A stretch of DNA of 64,000 bases from an uncultured Gemmatimonadales bacterium (GTDB taxonomy: Bacteria; Gemmatimonadota; Gemmatimonadetes; Gemmatimonadales; GWC2-71-9). This document shows, piece after piece, positions 1 through 10,409 of this stretch (within the stretch, counting starts at the first letter, position 1; the number at the start of each line of letters is the position of its first letter). The notes under the pieces were generated by a model. The model had not been told where the DNA came from. It saw only the letters and a list, made by a program, of their open reading frames with translations, and made no database searches. The DNA is taken from positions 32,001 through 96,000 of the forward strand of contig CAWHFW010000001.1 of NCBI GenBank assembly GCA_963828735.1. The letters run 5' to 3'. The position numbers were made by a program, and so were the translations under genes.

Positions 1-1
1 G

Positions 2-520
2 TATGTCGGTCTCGTCATCGCGTACGCCACCATGGGCAAGCCCGCCGAAGCGCGACGCATCTGGAAGGAGTACGAGGCGACGATCCCCGAATCGGTCCGC
101 CGTGGCGATCAGGGCGGCCAGCTGGCCGCCGGACTGGTGGCGGAGGCGGATCACCATCCGGACCAGGCGGAGGCTCACTACCGCGCCTGGTACGCCGGGA
201 GTGGCGAGTGCGGCCCATGTGGGCTGTTGGAGCTGGCGAAGCTGGCGGACGCTGCCGGCCGCACGGACAGCGCGGTCGCGCTGTACGACCGCGGCATCAG
301 CATGCCCAGTCTTACCCGGTACCGGTACGATGCCTACCGGCTGCCGGAAGCCCTCAAGCGGGTGGGTGAGCTGTACGAGGCCAAGGGCGACCGCGCCAAG
401 GCGGCCGACCGCTACCGCCGCTTCGTGGATCTGTGGAAGGACGCCGACCCCGCGTTGCAGCCAGGTGTGCGCGAGGTGCGCGCGCGTATCGCCCGGCTGG
501 CCACGGAGCCCGGCACCTGA
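2..520 (+). CDS. TPR-repeat protein, C-terminal fragment (5' end lies outside the window)
   Basis: Frame 2 is open from the window edge. TPR-like helices (ALKRVGELYEAKGDRAKAADRYRRFVDLWKDADP) resemble the C-terminal tails of kinase/TPR proteins. Confidence 0.65.
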   Translation, partial: YVGLVIAYATMGKPAEARRIWKEYEATIPESVRRGDQGGQLAAGLVAEADHHPDQAEAHYRAWYAGSGECGPCGLLELAKLADAAGRTDSAVALYDRGISMPSLTRYRYDAYRLPEALKRVGELYEAKGDRAKAADRYRRFVDLWKDADPALQPGVREVRARIARLATEPGT

Positions 521-531
521 GCTCCGTCCGC

Positions 532-1680
532 ATGCTGCTCGACGATCGCGAGTTGTTGGCCCGGCTGGTCGCGTTCGATAGCACCAGCCATGCGAGCAAC
601 CTTCCGCTCGCCGACTTCCTCGCCGGGTATCTGGACCGGCCTGGGGTCCGCATCGAGCGGAACCAATCCGCCGACGGCCGGAAGACCAATCTCGTGATCA
701 CGGTCGGCCCGGAGGCGGAGGACCGGAGCGGCCTGCTGCTCTCCGGCCACATGGATGTCGTGCCCGCGCTCGAGGCGGACTGGCGCTCGGATCCCTTCGC
801 GCTGCTGGAGGACGGCGAGCGCTACGTGGGCCGCGGCACGGCCGACATGAAGGGGTTCCTCGCTCTCGCCACCAACCGCATGGCCGCGCTGAATCCGACG
901 ACCGTGCGGCGCCCGCTCGCGCTGCTCTTCACCTACGACGAGGAGACCGGGACGCTCGGCGCGCGGCGGTTCACCGAGACCTGGCCCGCGCCCGAGCGTC
1001 TGCCGCGCGAGGTCATCATCGGCGAGCCGACCGAGATGCGGGTGGTGCGCGCGCACAAAGGAATGCTGCGATTGCGGCTCCGGTTCACGGGCATCGCCGC
1101 CCATTCGGGCTATCCCCACCTGGGACACAACGCGATCGAGCCGGCGGCGCGGGCCATCGTGGCGCTCTCGGAGCTCAGGCGGCAGATGGAGGCGGAGCGT
1201 CCGCCGCACCACGAGCAGTTTCCCAAGGTGCCGTTCGCGGCGCTCAACGTCGGAACCATCGCCGGCGGCAGCGCCAGCAACGTGGTGCCGGACCGCTGCG
1301 AGGTGGACCTCGGCATCCGACTGCTGCCCGGCATGGCGGCGGCCGCGATGACCGACAGGATCCGGGAGACCGTCGCGGACGCGCTGGGCGCGGAGCCGTT
1401 CACGCTCGAGCATGTGAACCTGAGCCCGCCCATGATCGCCCCTGCCGACGCGCCGATTCACCGCGAGCTGTGCGAGGCGGTGCATCAGCACGACGAGCAC
1501 AGTGTCATGTTCGCCACCGACGCCGGCTGGCTGCAGGACGCCGGCTTCCGGTGCGTGCTCTTCGGGCCGGGCAGCATCGAGGTGGCGCACCGGGCCAACG
1601 AGTTCATGCCGGCCGATGAGCTGCGACGCGCCGGCGAGGTGCTGGACGCGCTGGTCCACCGGCGCTGCGTGGCCGAATGA
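532..1680 (+). CDS. argE: M20 family metallopeptidase, acetylornithine deacetylase (ArgE)-like
   Basis: LSGHMDVVP, GRGTADMKG, YDEE, IIGEPT, and C-terminal GPGSIEVAHRANE motifs. ATG at 532. Confidence 0.8.
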   Translation: MLLDDRELLARLVAFDSTSHASNLPLADFLAGYLDRPGVRIERNQSADGRKTNLVITVGPEAEDRSGLLLSGHMDVVPALEADWRSDPFALLEDGERYVGRGTADMKGFLALATNRMAALNPTTVRRPLALLFTYDEETGTLGARRFTETWPAPERLPREVIIGEPTEMRVVRAHKGMLRLRLRFTGIAAHSGYPHLGHNAIEPAARAIVALSELRRQMEAERPPHHEQFPKVPFAALNVGTIAGGSASNVVPDRCEVDLGIRLLPGMAAAAMTDRIRETVADALGAEPFTLEHVNLSPPMIAPADAPIHRELCEAVHQHDEHSVMFATDAGWLQDAGFRCVLFGPGSIEVAHRANEFMPADELRRAGEVLDALVHRRCVAE

Positions 1681-2969
1681 GTCGGGTGCTCGAGGCGGAG
1701 CTCACCTGGACCGGCGCCAGGTTCGAGCGCGACACGCAGGTGGCGATCGGCGACGACGGACGCATCGAGGCGGTCGGACGACTGGACCGTGCAGGTGCCG
1801 AGCGGCTGTCCGGCATCGCCCTGCTTCCCGGCCTCGTGAACGCGCACTCGCACGCCTTCCAGCGCGGCCTGCGCGGGTCGGGGGAGAGCTTCCCGTCGGG
1901 CGCCGGCAGCTTCTGGACCTGGCGGCAGGCGATGTATCAGCTGGTCGAGTCGCTGGACCGGGCCACGCTCCGCCGGATATCCGCCCGGGCCTTCGCGGAG
2001 ATGCGCGATGCGGGCATCACGACCGTGGGAGAGTTTCACTACGTCCATCACGAGCGCGAAGGCGATTTCGCGTTGGATGACGCCATCCTCGAGGCGGCGG
2101 CCGACGCGGGGATCCGGATGGTCCTGCTGTACTGCTTCTACGCCACAGGCGCGCCGGGGCGTTCGCTCGAGGGCGGCCAGCGGCGGTTCGCCACCCCATC
2201 GGTCGACGAGTTCTGGCGGCGGGTGGACCTCCTCACGAGCCGCCTCGACGCTGCCACGCAGACCATCGGCGTTGCCCCGCACAGCATTCGCGCGGCCGGT
2301 CCGGACCAGATCCGGCTGATTTATGACGAGGCGGCTCGCCGCAAGCTGCCGGTGCACCTCCACGTGGAAGAGCAACGGCGCGAGATCGATGAGTCCTTGG
2401 CCGCCTACGGACGCACGCCGATGGCGGTCGTCCTCGAGGCAGTGCGTGGCGGGACGTTCACTGCCGTGCACTGCACCCACACCTCGGACGAGGACATGGC
2501 GCGCTTTCTCGGCGCCGGCGGCAACGTCTGCCTGTGTCCGCTGACCGAGGGGAACCTGGGCGACGGGATCCCGAAGCTCGACCGCGCGCATGCCGCGGGC
2601 GGCCGGCTCGCGATCGGAACCGACAGCAACAATCGGCTCGCCATGCTGGAGGAGATGCGCTGGATCGAGTACGGACAACGGCTCCACGGCGAGATGCGGG
2701 GCGCGCTTCCGGACGCCGCCGGTGACGTGGCCCCGACGCTGCTGGCCGCCGCGACGACGGGGGGCGCGCGCGCGCTGTCACTGCCGGCCGGCCGCATCGC
2801 CGCTGGCTGCTGGGCCGACATGGTGGCGATCGACCTCGGCGCGGCGGCGCTGGCGGAGGTTCCACCGACACGGCTCCTCGACGCATTGGTCTTCGGCGCC
2901 GGGAACGAGGTGATCGCGGGAACGTACGTCGGCGGGCGGTGGCGCGAGACCGGGGCGGCGAGCCGGTGA
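1677..2969 (+). CDS. hutF: Formimidoylglutamate deiminase (amidohydrolase superfamily)
   Basis: VNAHSHAFQRGLRG, SFWTWR, VGEFHYVHH, APHSIRA, HLHVEEQ, CPLTEGNLGDG, GTDSN motifs. ATGA overlap with the upstream gene. Confidence 0.85.
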   Translation: MSRVLEAELTWTGARFERDTQVAIGDDGRIEAVGRLDRAGAERLSGIALLPGLVNAHSHAFQRGLRGSGESFPSGAGSFWTWRQAMYQLVESLDRATLRRISARAFAEMRDAGITTVGEFHYVHHEREGDFALDDAILEAAADAGIRMVLLYCFYATGAPGRSLEGGQRRFATPSVDEFWRRVDLLTSRLDAATQTIGVAPHSIRAAGPDQIRLIYDEAARRKLPVHLHVEEQRREIDESLAAYGRTPMAVVLEAVRGGTFTAVHCTHTSDEDMARFLGAGGNVCLCPLTEGNLGDGIPKLDRAHAAGGRLAIGTDSNNRLAMLEEMRWIEYGQRLHGEMRGALPDAAGDVAPTLLAAATTGGARALSLPAGRIAAGCWADMVAIDLGAAALAEVPPTRLLDALVFGAGNEVIAGTYVGGRWRETGAASR

Positions 2970-3044
2970 CCGGGGCCGCGACCTCGGACCTGGTCCGACA
3001 CGATCCCTCGCCCCGCGCGGGATGACGAGCGCGCTCGAGCGTCC

Positions 3045-3930
3045 ATGCCAGAGCTCCCCGACATCACGGTTTACCTCGAGTGCCTCGCCCCGCGCGTTCT
3101 GGCCCAGCCGCTCGTGCGGCTCGTCATCGGCAACCCGTTCGCGCTCCGCACCGTGTCCCCGTCGCCGGCGGACGTCGCCGGCGCGCGGGTGACGGAACTC
3201 CGGAGGCTCGGCAAGCGCATCGTCCTGGCGCTCGAGGGCGAACGCTTCATCGTGATCCACCTCATGATCGCCGGCCGACTGCGCTGGCATCCCGTGGAGT
3301 GGAAAGCCGCCCGGCAAGACCGCGCTCGCGCGGTTCGAGTTCCCCACGGGGACGCTGGCCCTTTCCGAGGCCGGCTCGAAGCGGCGGGCCTCCATTCACC
3401 TCGTCGAAGGCGAAGCGAATCTCGAGCCGTTCCGGCGGGGCGGGCTGGAGGTGCTCGAGGCGAGCGAGGCGCAGTTCGCCGAGCGGCTCAGAAGCGAGAG
3501 CCACACCCTCAAACGGGCGCTCACCGATCCTCGCATCTTCAGCGGCATCGGCAACGCCTATTCCGACGAGATCCTGCATCGGGCGCGCTTGTCGCCGCTC
3601 GCCCTCACGCGAAAGCTGGATGACGCGGCGGTGAGCCGGCTGTACGACGCGACCCGCGCGACCCTTCAGGACTGGACCGCGCGGCTTCGCGCCGACGTGG
3701 GTGATGGCTTCCCCGACAAGGTGACGGCGTTCCGCGAAGGCATGGCGGTCCACGGACGCTACCGCGAGCCGTGCCCCGTCTGCGGTACGCCCGTCCAGCG
3801 CATCCGATATGCAGACAACGAGACCAACTACTGCGCCCGCTGCCAGACGGGAGGACGCCTCCTCGCGGATCGCGCGATGTCGCGGCTCCTGCGCGAGGAC
3901 TGGCCGCGGTCGATCGACGAGGTGGAGTGA
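3045..3930 (+). pseudogene. Fpg/Nei-family DNA glycosylase with one +1 frameshift near 3291-3300 (pseudogene or sequencing error)
   Basis: N-terminal MPELPD and HLMIAGRL in frame 3. Continues in frame 1 from 3301 ([14 protein letters not shown]) through the H2TH motif [12 protein letters not shown] and zinc finger CPVC..CARC. Confidence 0.8.
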
Positions 3931-3932
3931 CC

Positions 3933-5252
3933 ATGTCGGGTACGCGGTCGTTCGTCCGATGGCGCATCTGCGGCCTCATGACCGTGGCGAGCTTCGTCGC
4001 GTACCTGCTGCGCAGCAACATGTCCGTGGCCGGGGACTCGATGGCGGCCGATCTCGGGCTGTCGCGGATTCAGCTCGGCCTCATCCTGGCCGGCTTTGCG
4101 TGGGGCTACGCGATCTTCCAGTTCCCCGGCGGGGTGCTGGGTGATCGGATCGGGGCCCGTCGCGCGCTGACGTACCTCGCCGTCTGTTGGGCTTTCCTCA
4201 ACCTGCTGGTGGCGTTCGTACCCGGACGGATCGCGGGTTCAGCCGTGATCGTGATCGGCGCGCTGACCGCGCTCCGATTCCTCATGGGCGCCGCGCAGGC
4301 GCCGCTCTTTCCAATCATCGGGGGCGGCACCACCTGTCACTGGTTTCCGGTGTCCGGCTGGGCGCTGCCGAATGCGATGCAGAACGCGGGCGCCACCTTC
4401 GGCGCCGCGGCGACCGGACCGCTGATCGTCTGGCTGATGGAGCGCGCCGGATGGCGCGGATCGTTCCTGCTGACCGCTCCGGCGGGGCTGCTCCTGGCCG
4501 CCGTGTGGTGGTGGTACGTGCGTGATCGCCCCTCCGAGCATCCCGGGGTCAGCGGGGAGGAGCGGGCGTTGATCGATGCCGGTCGGACGGCGGCCGACTT
4601 CGCTCCCCCGACGCGTGGCGCGTGGCGCCTGGTGCTCCGAAACCGTCAGGTGCGGTTGCTCGCGCTCGGCTACTTCTGCGCCAACTATCTCTTCTACTTC
4701 TTCTTCAACTGGCTGTTCGTGTATCTCATCGACGGGCGGGGCTTCCAGCTGCTCGAAGGGGGCTGGTACGCCGCGATGCCCTGGATGGCCGGCGCCGTGG
4801 GGGCCGTCCTCGGCGGCTGGCTCTGCGATCGTCTGTGGAAGCGCCTCGGCGCGCGGCGCAGCTGCAGCTATCTCGGCGCCGCGGGATTGGCCGTCTCCGG
4901 CGGACTGCTGCTCATGGCAGCCGTGGCGCCGCATCCCGTCGTCGCGGTCCTGCTCCTCTCGCTCTGCCTCGCCGCGGAGCAGTTTACCGACGCGATCTAT
5001 TGGGCGGCGACGATCGCGGTCGCCGGGCGCCACGCGTCGGCCGCCTGCGGCGTCATGAACACGGGTGGGAACATCGTGGGCGGTGTGGGCGCGCTGCTGG
5101 TGCCCGTGATCGTGGACCGACTCGGCTGGCCGGCAGCGCTGGTCAGCGCCGCGCTGTTCGCGTTCCTGGCGGCGGGGCTATGGCTCGTGACGGCAGCGGA
5201 CCGCGCGATGGACCAGTCCGCCGAGTCCACGCCGGCTCAGACACTCGCCTAG
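3933..5252 (+). CDS. MFS transporter, anion:cation symporter (glucarate/galactonate-type) family
   Basis: About 12 hydrophobic segments, with GYAIFQFPGGVLGDRIGARR, RFLMGAAQAP and GVMNTGGN motifs. Confidence 0.8.
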   Translation: MSGTRSFVRWRICGLMTVASFVAYLLRSNMSVAGDSMAADLGLSRIQLGLILAGFAWGYAIFQFPGGVLGDRIGARRALTYLAVCWAFLNLLVAFVPGRIAGSAVIVIGALTALRFLMGAAQAPLFPIIGGGTTCHWFPVSGWALPNAMQNAGATFGAAATGPLIVWLMERAGWRGSFLLTAPAGLLLAAVWWWYVRDRPSEHPGVSGEERALIDAGRTAADFAPPTRGAWRLVLRNRQVRLLALGYFCANYLFYFFFNWLFVYLIDGRGFQLLEGGWYAAMPWMAGAVGAVLGGWLCDRLWKRLGARRSCSYLGAAGLAVSGGLLLMAAVAPHPVVAVLLLSLCLAAEQFTDAIYWAATIAVAGRHASAACGVMNTGGNIVGGVGALLVPVIVDRLGWPAALVSAALFAFLAAGLWLVTAADRAMDQSAESTPAQTLA

Positions 5253-5269
5253 CCACCGGGCGGGCGCAC

Positions 5270-6910
5270 TCAGCGGACCAACACCCGGCCGACCATGGCC
5301 CGCGCCTCCTCGACGATGCGCGCGAGGTGCGTGGCGTCCCGGAAGCTCTCCGCGTACAGCTTGTACACGTTCTCGGTTCCGCTCGGCCGTGCCGCGAACC
5401 ACCCCTGGGCCGTCGTGACCTTGAGTCCGCCGATGGGGGCGCCGTTGCCGGGGGCACGGGTGAGCTTCGCCTCGATCGGGTCACCCGCGAGCGAATCGGC
5501 CGTCACCGCGTCCGGCGTGAGCCGCTTGAACCCTGCCTTCTCGGCCGGCGAGCACGGCGTGTCGATGCGGGTGTACACAGGCGCGCCCAGCCGGCGGGTG
5601 AGCTCCGTATAGTGAGCACCCGGATCGCGTCCCGTGACCGCCGTGATCTCCGCCGCGAGCAGGCCGAGCAGGATGCCGTCCTTGTCCGTGGTCCACACGC
5701 CGCCGTCGCGCCGGAGGAAGCTCGCTCCGGCGCTTTCCTCGCCGCCGAAGCACACCGTCCCGTCGTACAACCCGGGCGCGAACCACTTGAACCCCACCGG
5801 CACCTCGAACAGCGCGTGGCGGAGGTCCTTCACCACGCGGTCGATCAGCGCGCTCGAGACCAGCGTCTTGCCCACCGCGGCCGATGCCGTCCACGCCGGC
5901 CGGTGGCGGAGCAGGTAGTCGATGGCGACCGCGAGATAGTGGTTCGGGTTGAGCAGCCCGGCGGAGGGGGTCACGATTCCGTGGCGATCCGCGTCGGGAT
6001 CGTTGCCCCACGCCACCTGGAACCGGTCCTTGAGCCCCACGAGACCGGCCATCGCCCAGGGGCTCGAACAGTCCATCCGGATCTTGCCGTCGTGATCTAC
6101 GGTCATGAAGCCGAACGTCGGATCGATTGCCGGGTTGACCACGGTAAGATCGAGTCCGTACCGCTCCGCGATGCGGGGCCAGTATCCGATGGATGCGCCG
6201 CCCAGCGGATCCACGCCGATGCGCACCCGGGCTCCGCGGACCGCGTCGAGATCGATCGCCTCCGCCAGCGCCGCGACGTAGGGCCCGGCCAGATCGGCCT
6301 CGTGCGTGGTCGTGGCGGCCCGGGCACGGTCGATCGGGATTCTACGGATCCCGGCATTGCCACCGGCGAGCAGCGCGTTCGCCCGGTCCTGAATCCAGCC
6401 GGTTACGTCGGTGTCCGCCGGTCCGCCGTCGCTCGGGTTGTACTTGAAGCCGCCGTCGGCCGGAGGGTTGTGGGATGGCGTGATGACGATCCCATCCGCG
6501 AGCCCCGAAGCGCGGCCGGTGTTGTGCGCGAGGATCGCCCGCGAGACCGCGGGCGTCGGTGTGTAGCCGTCGGCGCGCTCGACCACCACCGTGACGTCGT
6601 TGGCCGCCAGCACCTCGAGGGCCGTCCGCTCGGCAGGCCGCGACACCGCGTGTGTGTCCTTGCCCAGATACAGCGGGCCCGTGATTCCGCGCTCGCGGCG
6701 GTGGTCCACTATCGCCTGCGTGATGGCGAGGATGTGCGCTTCGGTGAAGCTCGCGTCGAGCGGGGTGCCCCGGTGGCCGCTCGTGCCGAAGCTCACGCGC
6801 TCCGCCGGGCTGGAGGGGTCCGGCTGGCCCTCGTAGTAGCCCCGCTCCAGCTCGCCGACATCGATCAACAGGTTCGCCGGCGCGCGGTGACCGGCGAGAG
6901 GGTGCGGCAT
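5270..6910 (-). CDS. pgm: Phosphoglucomutase
   Basis: [16 protein letters not shown] (phosphoserine), [19 protein letters not shown] motifs. ATG at 6910. Confidence 0.93.
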   Translation of the reverse strand: MPHPLAGHRAPANLLIDVGELERGYYEGQPDPSSPAERVSFGTSGHRGTPLDASFTEAHILAITQAIVDHRRERGITGPLYLGKDTHAVSRPAERTALEVLAANDVTVVVERADGYTPTPAVSRAILAHNTGRASGLADGIVITPSHNPPADGGFKYNPSDGGPADTDVTGWIQDRANALLAGGNAGIRRIPIDRARAATTTHEADLAGPYVAALAEAIDLDAVRGARVRIGVDPLGGASIGYWPRIAERYGLDLTVVNPAIDPTFGFMTVDHDGKIRMDCSSPWAMAGLVGLKDRFQVAWGNDPDADRHGIVTPSAGLLNPNHYLAVAIDYLLRHRPAWTASAAVGKTLVSSALIDRVVKDLRHALFEVPVGFKWFAPGLYDGTVCFGGEESAGASFLRRDGGVWTTDKDGILLGLLAAEITAVTGRDPGAHYTELTRRLGAPVYTRIDTPCSPAEKAGFKRLTPDAVTADSLAGDPIEAKLTRAPGNGAPIGGLKVTTAQGWFAARPSGTENVYKLYAESFRDATHLARIVEEARAMVGRVLVR

Positions 6911-7047
6911 GAGTGGCTCCCGGGCGGGATGGTGAGGACGCGCGAAACATGCCCCTGGCATTAGGGATGAACAACCGCTGGCGCACCGGGTCCGCGTGCG
7001 GCATCTTGGCCATGACTCCTACGTTCATCCCGCGGCATCGAGGGCGT

Positions 7048-7935
7048 ATGACTTCCCCGATGGCAGATGTGGCCGCGCCCCCGGCGCGGAAGCCCACCGA
7101 CGAAGAGCTCGACGTCTACGGTCTCACGCACCCGGGCAAGGTGCGCCCGAGCAATCAGGACCATTTTCTCATCTGCTCCCTCAGCAAGCAGGTGCGGGTG
7201 CACCTGACCAGTCTCTCGACGGCCGCTGAGCTGGCGGCGCCGACCGAGCGGCTCGCGTTCCTCGCGATGGTGGCGGACGGGGTCGGCGGCAGGGCGGCCG
7301 GCGAGACGGCGAGCCGGCTCGCCGTCGAGGTGGTGACGCGCTACGTCTCCCAGAGCATTCAGTGTTACTACTCGGCCCCCGCCGATAACGACGAGGCCTT
7401 CCTCGCGGCGTTGCAGGAGGCGGCCATGCAGTCCCACGCCGATCTGCTGGCGATGGCCGACTCGCAGCCCGAGCTGGCCGGGATGGCTACCACGCTCACG
7501 CTCTGGATCGGGGTGTGGCCGCGCGCCTATCTGCTCCAGGTCGGCGACAGCCGCTGCTACCTGCTGCGCGGGGGCGAGCTCACCCAGCTCTCGCGCGACC
7601 AGACGATGGCGCAGGAGTTGGTGGACGCGGGCGTGCTCGCCCGCGCGGAGGCGAGCCGCACGCGCTGGGCGCACACCCTCTCCAGCGCGATTGGCGGCCG
7701 ACAGACCGCCCCGACCGTCACACGGCTCGACCAGGAATGGGGCAACGTCGGACTCCTCTGCACCGATGGCCTGACGGCGCACGTCTCGGACGACCGGATT
7801 CGGAACCGCCTGCAGACGATGACGTCGGCCAAGCAGGTCTGCGAGGACCTGCTGCAGGACGCGCTGGACGGCGGCGGGACGGACAACATCACCATCCTCG
7901 TAGGCCGGACCATCCTCAGGCCAACGAATCAGTGA
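7048..7935 (+). CDS. PP2C-family Ser/Thr protein phosphatase
   Basis: GKVRPSNQD, VADGVGG, VGDSRCY, LCTDGL, GGTDNIT motifs. Start could be 7048 or 7060. Confidence 0.88.
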   Translation: MTSPMADVAAPPARKPTDEELDVYGLTHPGKVRPSNQDHFLICSLSKQVRVHLTSLSTAAELAAPTERLAFLAMVADGVGGRAAGETASRLAVEVVTRYVSQSIQCYYSAPADNDEAFLAALQEAAMQSHADLLAMADSQPELAGMATTLTLWIGVWPRAYLLQVGDSRCYLLRGGELTQLSRDQTMAQELVDAGVLARAEASRTRWAHTLSSAIGGRQTAPTVTRLDQEWGNVGLLCTDGLTAHVSDDRIRNRLQTMTSAKQVCEDLLQDALDGGGTDNITILVGRTILRPTNQ

Positions 7936-7941
7936 GCTGAG

Positions 7942-7970
7942 TTGACCCAACCTGCGCCGGCGGCTAAACT
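7942..7970 (+). promoter_or_regulatory. Sigma70-like promoter for secG-carA
   Basis: TTGACC-N17-TAAACT, followed by an AGGAGG ribosome-binding site before ATG 7996. Confidence 0.6.
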
Positions 7971-7995
7971 TCCCGGCTGCCCAGGAGGGGTATTC

Positions 7996-8505
7996 ATGTT
8001 TGCGCTGCTGCTCACGCTGCTCATTATCGACGCGCTCTTGCTGTCAGTGGTCGTGCTGCTTCAGGCCGGCCAGGGCGGAGGTCTCGCCTCGCTCGGTGGA
8101 GCCACTACCGACACGGTCCTTGGTGGCCGTCAGGCAGTCACGCTGTTGACCAAGGCCACGTGGTGGTGCGGCGGGATCTTCCTCGCGCTGGCGCTCGTGC
8201 TCTCGCTGGTCCCGCGCGGCGGCAACGACGCGAGCGGGCTGCAGGAGCGCCTCCGCGCGACGACCCCCACGGCCCCCGCGCCGAGCGCGCCGCTACCGAT
8301 CGGCGGCGCTACGCCAGGCGCTCCCTCCGCCGGGGGGGCGCCGACAGCGGCGCCTCCGGCCACCGGCACCGCACCGGCGGCTGGCGCCAAGCCGGCGCCT
8401 GGCACTGCTCAGCCGGCTGCCGGCACCAAACCCGCTGCCGGGACCAAGCCCTCGGCGCCGCCTTCGCCCGGAGCCCCCACGGCTCCAACCCAGCCCAAGA
8501 AGTGA
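7996..8505 (+). CDS. secG: Preprotein translocase subunit SecG with a Pro/Ala-rich C-terminal tail
   Basis: Transmembrane [20 protein letters not shown], then LTKATWW-transmembrane helix. Strong ribosome-binding site. Confidence 0.88.
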   Translation: MFALLLTLLIIDALLLSVVVLLQAGQGGGLASLGGATTDTVLGGRQAVTLLTKATWWCGGIFLALALVLSLVPRGGNDASGLQERLRATTPTAPAPSAPLPIGGATPGAPSAGGAPTAAPPATGTAPAAGAKPAPGTAQPAAGTKPAAGTKPSAPPSPGAPTAPTQPKK

Positions 8506-8530
8506 CGGCAAGCGAGCGCGGGGTGACCGG

Positions 8531-9661
8531 ATGACGGATCGCCCCGCTTTCGTTTTGCTCGAGGACGGTGCGTGGTTCCCCGGAACCACGGCGCGCCCGA
8601 TCGATCCTGCGTTCGGCGAGGTCGTGTTCACGACCAACCTCACCGGATACCAGGAGACGTTCACCGATCCCAGCTACCTCGGGCAGATCGTCGTGATGAC
8701 GGCGCCGATGATCGGCAATTACGGCGTGAACACGGAGGACATGGAGTCCGCGCGGCCGCAGGTGACGGGCGTCGTGGTCCGGGAGATGAGCCGCCACCCA
8801 TCGAACTGGCGCGCGACGGGCACCCTCGACGACTGGCTGTCCGAGGCGGGCATCCCCGTGCTCGAGGGCATCGATACCCGCCGGCTCACGCGGCACCTCC
8901 GTGAGCGTGGCGCGATGCGGGGCGTGGTCGCGGAGGGCAGGACGCCGAGCCACGAGCTCACCGCCCGGCTGCTCGCCTCGCCCTCAATGGAGGGACTGGA
9001 CTTGGCGTCGCGCGCGAGCGTGCGGGAGCGCTGGACCGAGGGCGAGGGTCCGCTGGTAGTGGCGTACGACTACGGCATGAAGCGGAACATCGCGCGGATG
9101 CTCGTGAAGTCAGGCTGCCGGGTCACCGTGGTGCCGGCCGAGACATCGGCCGCCCAGGTGAAGGCGCTAAACCCTGACGGGCTCTTTCTTTCGAACGGGC
9201 CCGGCGATCCGGCCGCAGTGGATTACGCGCTGGCCACCTTGCGCGATCTCGCCGGCGACGGACTGCCGACCTTCGGGATCTGTCTCGGGCATCAGCTCGT
9301 GGGCCTCGCCTTCGGTGGGTCGACGGCCAAGCTGCCCTATGGCCACCGCGGTGGTAATCACCCCGTGCGCGATCTGCGCAGCGGACAGGTCCTGATCACC
9401 ACTCAAAACCATGGCTTCGCGGTAGTTGGCGATGAGGGCGGCGTGCCGGGCGCCTCGGCGCTCGAGGTCACGCACCTCAACCTGAACGACGGGACGATCG
9501 AGGGCGTCCGCCATCGCGAGCTGCCGCTTTTCGCGGTGCAGTATCACCCGGAGGCCGCTCCGGGACCGCACGATGCTTTCCCCCACTTCGACGAATTCAT
9601 GGCCTCGGTCCGGAGCGGGAAATCCCGGCGGACAGCCAACCCCTTGACAGACAACACTTAA
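8531..9661 (+). CDS. carA: Carbamoyl-phosphate synthase small subunit
   Basis: [41 protein letters not shown] motifs. Confidence 0.95.
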   Translation: MTDRPAFVLLEDGAWFPGTTARPIDPAFGEVVFTTNLTGYQETFTDPSYLGQIVVMTAPMIGNYGVNTEDMESARPQVTGVVVREMSRHPSNWRATGTLDDWLSEAGIPVLEGIDTRRLTRHLRERGAMRGVVAEGRTPSHELTARLLASPSMEGLDLASRASVRERWTEGEGPLVVAYDYGMKRNIARMLVKSGCRVTVVPAETSAAQVKALNPDGLFLSNGPGDPAAVDYALATLRDLAGDGLPTFGICLGHQLVGLAFGGSTAKLPYGHRGGNHPVRDLRSGQVLITTQNHGFAVVGDEGGVPGASALEVTHLNLNDGTIEGVRHRELPLFAVQYHPEAAPGPHDAFPHFDEFMASVRSGKSRRTANPLTDNT

Positions 9662-9672
9662 GCTCATAAGAT
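9644..9672 (+). promoter_or_regulatory. Sigma70 promoter for the HU gene, overlapping the 3' end of carA
   Basis: TTGACA(9644-9649)-N17-TAAGAT(9667-9672). Confidence 0.7.
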
Positions 9673-9724
9673 CGGCGCTAGGAGGCCTGCCAGCTCCGCC
9701 GCCTGCAACCCTTCTGGGGGACGC

Positions 9725-10054
9725 ATGACCAAGGCCGATCTCGTCGAACAGGTGACTGCCTCGATTGCCAAGACCGCTGGTCCGATGATCTCCAAGAAGG
9801 ACTGCGCCCGAGTCGTGGACGCATTTCTTGAGGCGGTCAAAGACGCGCTCAAGCAGCAGCACAACATCGAGGTCCGTGGGTTCGGGACCTTCAAGATCCG
9901 CCGGCGCAAGACCCGCATGGCGCGGAACCCTCGCACCGGCGATCCGGTCGAGGTCGCCGCGCGTCCGGTGCCGGTGTTCAAGCCCAGCAAGGAGTTGCGG
10001 GCGTTGGTCGCGGACGAGGGTGAGCCCGAGGCAGAGGCCGCCTCAGGCATGTAG
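9725..10054 (+). CDS. HU/IHF family DNA-binding protein
   Basis: MTKADLV, RGFGTF, ARNPRTG, VPVFKPSKELR motifs. Confidence 0.92.
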   Translation: MTKADLVEQVTASIAKTAGPMISKKDCARVVDAFLEAVKDALKQQHNIEVRGFGTFKIRRRKTRMARNPRTGDPVEVAARPVPVFKPSKELRALVADEGEPEAEAASGM

Positions 10055-10086
10055 GGGTCAGGCCCCCTCGAGGGGCGCTGATGAAT

Positions 10087-10128
10087 CGGGGCCGCTCCCG
10101 CGCGTGTCGCGGAGCGGCCCCGTTTCGT
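10087..10128 (+). terminator. Intrinsic terminator after the HU gene
   Basis: Perfect 12-bp stem CGGGGCCGCTCC (10087-10098) / GGAGCGGCCCCG (10111-10122), followed by TTTCGT. Confidence 0.7.
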
Positions 10129-10142
10129 GGTAACTTCCAGTC

Positions 10143-10409
10143 ATGTCTGCCGCTGCCCCCTCCGTCGTCACGGTCCACGTCCTCCTGTTCGCCAGCTACG
10201 CGGAAACGTTCGGGACCGAGAAGCTGCACGTGACGCTGCCGTCGCCGGCCGCAGTATCGGATGTCGTCGATCACCTGCGCTCCATGCCGGGCGGCGAACG
10301 GCTGCCTGCCAAGCCGCTGTGCGCCCTCAACCTGGCACACGCTGGCCAGGATGACCGTGTGCGGGACGGGGATGAGATCGCGGTACTTCCTCCTCTGGCC
10401 GGAGGGTGA
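10143..10409 (+). CDS. moaD: Molybdopterin synthase sulfur carrier
   Basis: VLLFASYAE at the N-terminus and C-terminal DEIAVLPPLAGG. Confidence 0.9.
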   Translation: MSAAAPSVVTVHVLLFASYAETFGTEKLHVTLPSPAAVSDVVDHLRSMPGGERLPAKPLCALNLAHAGQDDRVRDGDEIAVLPPLAGG

